64,000 bases of DNA from Octopus sinensis (Eukaryota), in assembly GCF_006345805.1 (NCBI RefSeq), contig NW_021835690.1, positions 1-64,000 of the forward strand. Direction: 5' to 3'. Position 1 is the stretch's first letter. Each line of letters begins with the position of its first letter. Of this stretch, positions 54,346 to 64,000 are shown piece after piece. Below the pieces are notes generated by a model. It had not been told where the DNA came from, ran no database searches, and was given only the letters and a program-made list of their open reading frames with translations. The position numbers were made by a program, and so were the translations under genes.

Positions 54346-54389
<44 letters not shown>

Positions 54390-54513
54390 TATATATTTAT
54401 ATATACATATATAAATTTAATCTAAACATGAAAGCACAAAAAAACACAACAACGCGAGGACGTGGAACAAATATAGTATTATTGGACGCTCAGGAAAGAA
54501 GGAAAGAAGGAGG

Positions 54514-54548
54514 GTTTAACGTTTCGAGCGAAACTCTTCGTCGGAAAC
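54514..54548 (-). ncRNA. Minimal hammerhead motif (core variant CCGACGA) in a ~210 bp (TA)n-flanked insert
   Basis: Minus strand gttt-CCGACGA-agagtttcgctc-GAAA-cg-TT-aaac. Confidence 0.6.
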
Positions 54549-54620
54549 ATAGGAGAAGGAAAGATCCAGAGAAGGGAAGACAGAGGGAAAAAAATCGCCA
54601 ACGGTACACACACGGTCACA

Positions 54621-54656
<36 letters not shown>

Positions 54657-54661
54657 TGTAC

Positions 54662-54724
<63 letters not shown>

Positions 54725-55441
54725 ACTACTACTGTATTACTTGAATCTATATATTGTAACTTAAATAATTATGTGTGTGTGAGTGTATTATGACTCCCCC
54801 TTCCTCCACCTTCCAGCCAAATTGCTTCCGCACTTAACAATGGGAGGCGCCTTTTTTGGTAATTAGAAAAGAAAATTTGAAAAATTAGGAGTTCTTTTCA
54901 AATCCTACTTCCCCGACTCAGTACCGATTTTGGCCATTTGTTTTGTTTTGTTTTTGTTTTTGTTTTTTGCATTACGCACTTAAAAACCATGGGAGAAGCC
55001 TTAAAGGTTAAAAATTTGGAAAACGGCGATCGCCATAATTTCCATTTCCTTTTTCTTTTTTTTTTTTTCAAACAGAAAATGAAACGGAATTTAAAACATA
55101 GTGAAACTGTTTCTTTAATTTTATTTTTCATTAAATCCCTCCCTTTCAATCCTGAAACTTCATCCTTTAATTATAATTTTAAAATACGGACAGCTGAATC
55201 TGCAATTTCTTTTTGTTTATTTAATAATCTCAAAGCAATTCTCAGACGGAAAGGTATGTGATTTAAAGGAGTTTTTCTAGCTCATTCCACGACTACCTGG
55301 TTCCGTTCTCCTTCTTTGTGACTGACAAATATGGATGCTTTTCATTATCTTTCTCCCTACAAACATATTTTATGGAATGATGGTGCAACAACAAAAAAAT
55401 TGTAATTTAAATTTTTTATTCCCATCCCGCATCAAGCGAGT

Positions 55442-55494
<53 letters not shown>

Positions 55495-55513
55495 CGTGCG
55501 TGCGTGTGTGTGT

Positions 55514-55568
<55 letters not shown>

Positions 55569-56047
55569 AAGACATTAACAAACAGAAAAGTATGCTATTA
55601 AAATATTTACCTTTTACATACCTTTTTTAAATCACACTGTCACTCTTATGAAATTCCTTACACACATACATACCAACACACTGACAAACGCACGCAAATT
55701 GCTTGAGCGATATACATTTATAGAGAGTGAGAGATAGTGTGGTAAGTATATAGAGAGAGATGGAAAGTTTACCATGAGAAAAACGAAAGATGAAAGAGAT
55801 AGACAAATAGAGAGCGAAAGATCTTTTCTGCTGCTGTCAAAGATTTTGAAATATTAAAACTAAGTGAGAATTTGCAAATTTGATGTAACTTTTTACGCTG
55901 AATCCGAGTTTATGATTCATTTAACATATTTCTGAAATCTTTTGAAAAATGTGTTGTGCGTGATACCTGCGATCATAAAATGAAAGTAAAGATAAGAAGA
56001 CGACGTTTTAAACAAAATGAAAGCAATTCGTGAAAGATGATACATAC

Positions 56048-56084
<37 letters not shown>

Positions 56085-56474
56085 AAGACAGACAGAGTGA
56101 GAGGGAGTGGTAAATATATAGAGATAGATAGATTGATGGTAACAGATAGAGAGTGTGACATTTGTCGATCTAAAAGGTGATTTTCACGTAGCAAATCACA
56201 TTTAAGCACTTACACTTGCATATATACATATATATATATATATATATGTGTGTATATATATATATACATATATATATACATAATATATATATATATATAT
56301 ATTAATATATATATATATATATATATTTTATAATAGAGGGCATTATACATACATGCCAGAAGGCATTATACATACATGCCAAACGCTAAGAGGGACAATT
56401 AGTCATTTCTACCAAAAATATTACTAATCCCACGAATGCAATTTTTCAAAGTAAGACATTTAAAAAAATATACA

Positions 56475-56516
56475 CCTGTATCACAGTGATTTCATACTTA
56501 CGTACTCATCAGCAGG
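56475..56516 (-). ncRNA. Minimal type I hammerhead
   Basis: cctg-CTGATGA-gtacgtaagtat-GAAA-tcactgtga-TA-cagg on the minus strand. Confidence 0.88.
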
Positions 56517-56942
56517 CCTGAATGTATTATAAATAAACAACGACCCTGCCCCGCTAAGCCGATCAGCTAACTGCTCAACATCAACGAAGCACATGGGTGA
56601 GTTACATATATTACATCCGGATAAATGGCGAACTTTTACGAATTGCATTGGGGAGAGGAAAAGTTTTTCGGAATAAAAATTTAGCAAGTAAGGACAACTA
56701 CTTAATAAGGAAAACTTAACAAGAAATTGTCAGGTAGATAGCGTAAAAACCTCATAAGACAAAAAATTTCGAAAATAATTATTTCTTATTGAACATATTA
56801 TTTATATAGAGGGCATTATACATACATGCCAGAAGGCATTATACATACATGCAAACGCTAGAGGACAATTAGTCATTCTACCAAAAATATACTAATCCCA
56901 CCGAATGCAATTTTTCAAAGTAAGACATTTAAAAAAACTAGA

Positions 56943-56984
56943 CCTGTATCACAGTGATTTCATACTTACGTACTCATCAGCAGG
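56943..56984 (-). ncRNA. Minimal type I hammerhead, tandem copy
   Basis: Identical motif 468 nt from the first. Confidence 0.88.
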
Positions 56985-57210
56985 CCTGAATGTATTATAA
57001 ATAAACAACGACCCTGCCCCGCCTTAGCGATAGCTAACTGCTCAACATCAACGAAGCACATGAGTGAGTTACATATATGCAATTCGTAAAAGTTTGCCAT
57101 TTATCCGGATGTAATATATGTAAACTCACCCATGTGCTTCGTTGATGTTGAGCAGTTAGCTGATCGGCTTAAGCGGGGCAGGGTCGTTGTTTATTTATAA
57201 TACATTCAGG

Positions 57211-57252
57211 CCTGCTGATGAGTACGTAAGTATGAAATCACTGTGATACAGG
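57211..57252 (+). ncRNA. Minimal type I hammerhead, inverted copy
   Basis: cctg-CTGATGA-gtacgtaagtat-GAAA-tcactgtga-TA-cagg. Confidence 0.88.
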
Positions 57253-57517
57253 TCTATATTTTTTTAAATGTCTTACTTTGAAAAATTGCATTCGGTGGGA
57301 TTAGTAATATTTTTGGTAGAAATGACTAATTGTCCCTCTTAGCGTTTGGCATGTATGTATATGCCTTCTGGCATGTATGTATAATGCCCTCTATATATAA
57401 ATTAATCTGTTCAATAAGAATAATATTTTCGAAATTTTTTCTCTTATGAGGTTTTTACGCTATCTACCTGACAATTTCTTGTTAAGTTTTCCTTATAAAG
57501 TAGTTGTCCTTAATTGC

Positions 57518-57554
<37 letters not shown>

Positions 57555-57562
57555 ATAATATA

Positions 57563-57725
57563 GACGGGATTCCACACAAGTTCAGCCGCAAAGACCCCCC
57601 TCATGCAGTATTCGTCGGTTTGGGGCTATAGTAGAAGACACTTGCCCAAGATGCCGCTCGATGGAACTCAGCTCGAAACCACATGGACGTAAAGCGAACA
57701 TTTTAACCACAAAGCCATGTCTACG
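57563..57725 (-). mobile_element. Diverged 5' half of SINE family A
   Basis: GGCTATAGTAGAAGACACTTGCCCAAGATGCC is retained. Confidence 0.7.
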
Positions 57726-58098
57726 CAGACTTCCACAAAGAAAAATGCAATTACAAGTATAATTCTAGAAACTATACTAATGACAAAATACAAACCTATT
57801 TAAATACCCTGAAATCCACCAGGACTTACAATTGTGTGATATAAATGTAGGTTTGATGATTTGATCAGCTATATACTTATTCTCAAAAATCTTTACGACT
57901 TACCACATAACAATAATACGCCATTAACAACAGTTTAATATGATAAAAGTTTATGGAATCCTCGAGAAGCCAGACTAATGGAGATAGAAATGTTATACGC
58001 CTGATTTAAACATAAAAGATGAATAAGGAAACAATAAAATTCTCAATGAAAAGGATCAACCTTATAGAAGTAAAAATAAGAAAGATTTGTATAAAATA

Positions 58099-58500
58099 GG
58101 CGCAGGAGTGGCTGTGTGGTAAGCAGCTTGCTAACCAACCACATGGTTCCGGGTTCAGTCCCACTGCGTGGCATCTTGGGCAAGTCACTTCTGCTATAGC
58201 CCCGGGCCGACCAAAGCCTTGTGAGTGGATTTGGTAGGCGGAAACTGAAAGAAGCCTGTCGTATATATATGTATATGTATGTGTATGTGTGTCTGTGTTT
58301 GTCCCCCTAGCATTGCTTGACAACCGATGCTGGTGTGTTTACGTCCCCGTCACTTATCGGTTCGGCAAAAGAGACCGATAGAATAAGTACTGGGCTTACA
58401 AAAGAATAAGTCCCGGGGTCGATTTTCTCGACTAAAGGCGGTGCTCCAGCATGGCCGCAGTCAAATGACTGAAACAAGTAAAAGAGTAAAAGAGTAAAGA
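58099..58500 (+). mobile_element. SINE family A, full length, uninterrupted reference copy
   Basis: GGCGCAGGAGTGGCTGTGTGGTAAGCAGCTTGCTAACCAACCACATGG ... GAGTAAAAGAGTAAA. Confidence 0.92.
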
Positions 58501-58657
58501 GAATAAGGATTAACATATTCGTGGTTTTAATGTGCGTTTATGCCTGTGGGTCTGGATGCATAAATATAAATATGTATGTAATGTGTATGTGTTTACGAAT
58601 GTTTTTATGCCGTTTTGTGTATATATATGTCTATGTATTTATGCATATTTATATGCA

Positions 58658-58930
58658 TCGTGATTAGGGTTTTACACTCACGATCTCGGGGTCGTGGTTT
58701 CAATTCTTAGACCGGGCGGTGCGTTGTGTTCTTGAGCAAAACACTTCATCTCATGTTGTTCTGTGATCACTTCAACACCCGACGTGTGGCACACCTGTGC
58801 ATCTGTTTAGGTAACGTCGATTTGATGGAGGGAGTAAGCTAATGTGCGACACTATAAACAAAATCATTTGTGCAGGTGTCGTTCAGCCAAATTTGAACGC
58901 TCATACGTCGTCTTGGACGGGAGAGTTCAT
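58658..58930 (+). mobile_element. Further tRNA-derived SINE, head related to family C
   Basis: GTGATTAGGG..GGTTTCAATTCTTAGACCGGGCG..TTGTGTTCTTGAGCAAAACACTT. Confidence 0.6.
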
Positions 58931-59139
58931 CACTCAGAACCACGCCAATAGCTTAGGAGTGAAATTTAGGATTTTTAGGCTTTCTGTGAATCAATTTTGA
59001 TAAAACTTTTCCCAACTGATTTGCACAATATGGCAATTCCATTATGTTTTCATCATTCTGTGTAACGTCCTTTTTTTATTTCAGATTCTTCAGTTTTTTG
59101 GTGAACCACGCTCATGGTGTCTCTTCTCTCTAAGAACAA

Positions 59140-60110
59140 TGTGTTAGGGTAAGGGCGGAAAAGGCCTTAACGATGAAGGTAAGTCTGGCATCGTCAAGGA
59201 AAGTGTTAAAGGCACCTCTCTTCATGTCATTGCGGAGACGTTAGGTCGTCATATGGACACGGTTAGACGATTCCTGACGGACCATTCGCAAGGAAGAAAC
59301 GATCCGATTGTGAGACCTCCAAGACTGGGACAGCTATGGATTTAAGGAATATTGGCCGCAAGTTACCTGGGAAACCTGGACAAACAAGCAAAGCCTCCGG
59401 TCTTCCTCACGTACCGAAAACCACCAGAAATCACATTCTCGGGACCATGGCTTATGTGTGAGAACCCCTGAAACGGCCTTCTTTAACGCCCTATCACAGG
59501 AGTTTGGGGCTTTAATCTGGGCTCAAAAGTACATGGCGTTAAACATTAGGTGTGTTCTGTTCACTGACGAAACCAGAGTGACCTTTGACGGACCTGACGG
59601 TTGGGCAGATGGTTGAGGCTATTTTAGAGATGAGCGTCACCAACGTTTACGCCATCAACAACAAGGTCATGTTGTGGACTGTTGTCATTGAGGACAGACT
59701 TTTGGGCCCAGTCAGGGTGCCTGAAGGGGTTAAAGTGACTGCAGCCGCCTACTGCAATCTCCTGAAGGGGGCTAGGTGACATACCGCTGTCACTTCTAAG
59801 GAATCTCGTATTCATGCACGACAACGCTCCCTCCCACTCTGCTAAGATCACCGAAACATTACTAGGGTCTTACAGCATACAAGGTGAAAGGTTGATGGTG
59901 TGGTCGCCAGCATCTCTGGATCTCATCCCTACAGAAGATCTTTGGTCTATCATTAAACAAGATGTTTATGACGATGGACACCAGTTTACGTTGAAGGATG
60001 TCTTGTGGGCGACCATCAAAGCTGCAGCAGAGGCAGTCCAACCAAGCAAGTTGACAGATTTCATGACTAAATGTAACGAAATAGTTTGTTATGTCAATAA
60101 ATGTTATAAT
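59140..60110 (+). pseudogene. Tc1-family DD34E transposase pseudogene
   Basis: VLFTDETRVTFDGPDGW (~59553-59605), FMHDNAPSH and WSPASLDLIPTEDLWSIIK; multiple frameshifts. Confidence 0.85.
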
Positions 60111-60146
60111 ATCATTATGGTTGCCTGTTAAATATATACTCAATGT

Positions 60147-60510
60147 GGATGGAAGCACTCCGTCGATTACGACGATGAGGGCTCCGAATCAACGGAACAG
60201 CCTGCTCGTGAAATTAACGTGTAAGTGGCTGAGCACTCCACAGACACGTGTACCCTTAATGTAGTTCTCGGGGATATTCAGCGTGACACAGAGAGTGACA
60301 AGGCCGGCCCCTTGAAATACAGGTACAACAGAAACAGGAAATAAGAGTAAGAGAAAGTTGTGGTGAAAGAGTACAGCAGGGATCACCACCCCCTGCCGGA
60401 GCCACGTGGAGCTTTTAGGTGTTTTTGCTCAATAAACACTCACAACGCCCGGTCTGGGAATCGAAACCGCGATCCTATGACCGCGAGTCCGCTGCCCTAA
60501 CCACTCGGCC
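60147..60510 (-). mobile_element. SINE family C with 11 bp TSD
   Basis: Minus head GGCCGAGTGGTTAGG..GGTTTCGATTCCC; ATACTCAATGT at 60136-60146 and 60511-60521. Confidence 0.88.
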
Positions 60511-61998
60511 ATACTCAATGTATTCTTAATGCGTATCATCACCCTTCATTTTCTGAGAAAAAATGTTTAAATGGGTTATATTCATTCAAAAGCTGTTGGA
60601 GTGGTTCACCCAAAAACTAAAGAATCTGAAATTAGAAAGAAAGGTCGTTACACAGAATAAGGAATACATTGAGTATATATAAACATCTTTATAATTATAA
60701 CTGACAATTCTGAATATTTTCAGTCTTTCTTCAACAGAAAACCATAATATTATAACATTTATTGACATAACGAACTATCTTCGCAAGCATTGTTTATGAT
60801 TATTGTTGTTGTTGTTGTTGTTATTGTCGCTGTCGTCGACGCTGTTGTTCTCTTGTCCACACGCTCCCAATGAAGATAGCATTTTCAGTTCTTTTCTACT
60901 TTCAACTCTTGTGACGTGAAGCGTATGTATGTATTGCAGAATATTATATGATCCATTCAATTTGCTTGACTATATCGACATAACCTCTGTTTTGTAGTTA
61001 ATTCTTAAGTAGTTTAGTAGCAGACAGAATGTTCGTTGAATGTATTCGTTCAGCGGATTGTTAATTTACGATTTAATAAGGCTTCGTTGAAATACACAAG
61101 TTGGAAATCCTACCTGATCTTCAATCTTCACTGGTATAGTGTCCATAATCCGTGATGTCTAACAATATGAAAAACGCAGATCACCTGTGAATACATAATA
61201 GGGTATGTAAAGAGATGTTAGAAATTATTTTTTTTATCTAGTAATGTAGCAACATACTTTCTTTCACGTGAATCCCAAGATGTTTAAATACATTAAGATG
61301 TTGCAATTGAGTTCCAGCTAAATAATCATGCTTTTCAAATCTCCATCAACATGTATCCTAAATATTTTCCTGGTGTTTCTCCTTCTTTCTTTGAGTCACT
61401 CCAAAAATAAGTTATCTTTAGAAAACATAAAATCGGAGATTCATCTATTCTGACAGAACTGCATATTCCATTTGGAGTTAGTGAAGATGAAGAAATGCGA
61501 AAACTTCCTTTATCATCTCAATAGAGTCAACGTTAAATAACAGAATTGAGAGGAGACGAACACTCGAACGATTCTGGAAGTTGCGGGATTAATATATTTC
61601 TTTCATTTTACGTTATGCATATATGCCGTAAGAATCGGATGTACAGGCTTTGTGACGGATCAACTTTAATGGATATATGTATTTATGTATGTATGTCATT
61701 ATTCAGTTTTATTTCAAGGTTTCTTGCCAATAGAGAAAGAAGTGGTTTCTAAACTTGATCTATACATACTCAGGCATAACGGGTGAGATCCAGAAATGCT
61801 GAGCATAGTAGTAGTGCTTAAATGACTTGAACTTACACACTGAAATCTATATCGAGGACTTAGGTTCGCGGTATAGATATATACATGTAAATATATATAT
61901 ATGCATGTATGTATATGTATGCATACATACATATATATAGATGTATGTATGTCTATGTATATATACATACATACACACACACACACACAACACACACA

Positions 61999-62049
<51 letters not shown>

Positions 62050-62259
62050 CATGTGTGTGTGTATATATATAGGGATATACAAAGACTGAAAATATTCAGA
62101 ATTATCAAGTATAATTTTTTTTTTCTTGTTTCAGCTCAGAGCTGCGGCCATGCTGATGCACCGCCGATAGATGTTTATATAGTTATATATTTATAACAGA
62201 GACTTACATGAAGTACAAACAGTACAGAAAGCTAAGATAAGGGAGCTTGACATTTCGAG

Positions 62260-62353
62260 TCCGACAGCTGTTTCTGGGAGCTCAGAATTTCAAAAATAAA
62301 TGATATTTGATGCATATAACCATCACCGTAAAACCGGCCTCCGTCTTCAGGGT
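62260..62353 (-). ncRNA. Type I hammerhead motif, intact core, weak stem I
   Basis: Minus strand acc-CTGAAGA-cggag...ctccca-GAAA-cagctg-TC-gga. Confidence 0.65.
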
Positions 62354-62766
62354 GAAGAGATTGGCATCTGCCGGTTTATAAATGTCTATATACTGATACA
62401 TGAACGTTCATCTGAAAATTTTCATTTGGGTTTTCTCTATATATACATCTCAATATATATTTACATGTATGTATGTGTGTATGTGTGTATATTTTATATA
62501 TCAAGCCCAAGAGTGTTTATTTGTTTATTTGCATCATTATCTCAATATGTATATATAAACATATATACATACATGTATACACACACGTACATATAAACAT
62601 ATAAAACTACTATGTATATGTGTAGATATGCATACATAAACATAGCCGGCACACCAATATAAAAACCCATGAAAAACACGCCTTGTAGAAGTTAGGGCCG
62701 AATAGATTTTGGATGCTTCTTTGGTCACATTTATCTTTACAAAAATATGTTCGCCTGATCTGTCTG

Positions 62767-62888
62767 TGAGCGGTTCGGCAAAAAAGACCGATAGAATAAG
62801 TATTAAGCTTACAATGAATAAGTCCTGGAGTCGAATTGTTCGACTAAAGGCTGTGCTTCAGCATGGTCGCAGTCGAATGACTGAAGCC
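62767..62888 (+). mobile_element. 3' fragment of SINE family A
   Basis: AGCGGTTCGGCAAAAAAGACCGATAGAATAAGTA..CAGCATGGTCGCAGTCGAATGACTGAA. Confidence 0.8.
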
Positions 62889-63579
62889 AATTTAAAAATG
62901 TGTGTGTGAGTGTGTGGTTACTACATATTTTATTTCATCAAATTAAAGATTGGTGTGAAGCTCCTAGGCCCTGACATACTGTGGGTTGCATATAAAATAC
63001 ACCTCGTGCGATATAAGCAAAATAAAAACAAAAGATCCAAGAGAACAAAGTAGCATAGACAAAGAAATACGTATAAAGAAACGGTAAATGTTTCTACTGT
63101 TAAATCTTTTTATATCCTCAATAAACTTATTTCTGAACGGTATGGGCGGGCTAAGTATATATGATGTACAAATGGTTGTTTAATTATTTGATAGCAATTA
63201 GACAGATGGAAAACTGCAAAAGTGTAATCAGATGCGAAATTGAATAAATACGTTCCGTTTTATTTCTTTCTAAGTGATTTCTATAAACAGAAGCGATTGG
63301 AATGAAATTAAAGTAATCGGCACATCCATGTTCACTTATAATAATTATAGAGAAGTAATTAGAAGCTAAAATAGATTGATAAAATTTCTTCCACCTTGTG
63401 TTTCCTGCCAATGAGGTAAGTTATTTGATAGTTAATATCATTCAGTGTGCGAGACTGTCTTTGTTCAAATGAATTTTATATCATATACATGTGTATATGT
63501 GCATACATATCAGCATACATGCACACAAAATCACACGCATATATATATGTGTGTGTGTGTGTATGTATGCATAGTTATG

Positions 63580-63618
<39 letters not shown>

Positions 63619-63805
63619 ATACATCAATATATATATGTTTATATATCTAAGTATATAGATTAAATATTTACACATACATACATATATATATAAATGTTCT
63701 TATTAGTGTGTCTATATATGTATATGTATATATATATATGTATATGTGTGTATATATATATATATATGTCAATCTATATATCTATATCACACACACATAC
63801 GTACG

Positions 63806-63839
<34 letters not shown>

Positions 63840-64000
63840 CATACATATATACATACATACATACATACATACATACGTACATACATAAACACGTACATAC
63901 ATACATACATACATATATACGTACGTACAAACATACATGCATGCATACATACATACATACATACATACATACATACATACATACATACATACATACATAC

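Larger units (their letters stand above)
56334..57515. mobile_element. Penelope-like/retrozyme-like locus: ~470 bp unit, partial tandem copy and inverted copy, three hammerheads
   Basis: 56334-56608 is repeated at ~56807-57077; ~57078-57515 is made of inverted segments of the first unit; TA tracts flank. Confidence 0.85.

Overview
AT-rich, repeat-dense eukaryotic intergenic or intronic DNA. The SINE families and microsatellite load look like an octopus (cephalopod) genome; this is recognition from memory, not a database result. No host protein-coding gene could be supported, and most ORFs in the track are translations of microsatellites or SINEs. Contents: at least three tRNA-derived SINE families, remnants of Tx1-clade and Dong/R4-clade LINEs, a Penelope-like GIY-YIG fragment, Chapaev3 and Tc1 transposase relics, a TA-flanked MITE and two non-autonomous Helitrons. 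Two things stand out. (1) At 17355-21813 one SINE carries two different ORF1-only (gag-like, RRM plus CCHC) retroelements inserted in tandem at the same nucleotide of its tRNA-derived head, each with a target-site duplication. Their 3' hairpin tail resembles that of the Tx1 LINE fragments and SINE family B in this window. (2) About a dozen short unrelated elements, mostly in (TA)n tracts, carry type I hammerhead ribozyme motifs with palindromic stem III. Several show fold-back inversions whose junction lies inside hammerhead stem II.
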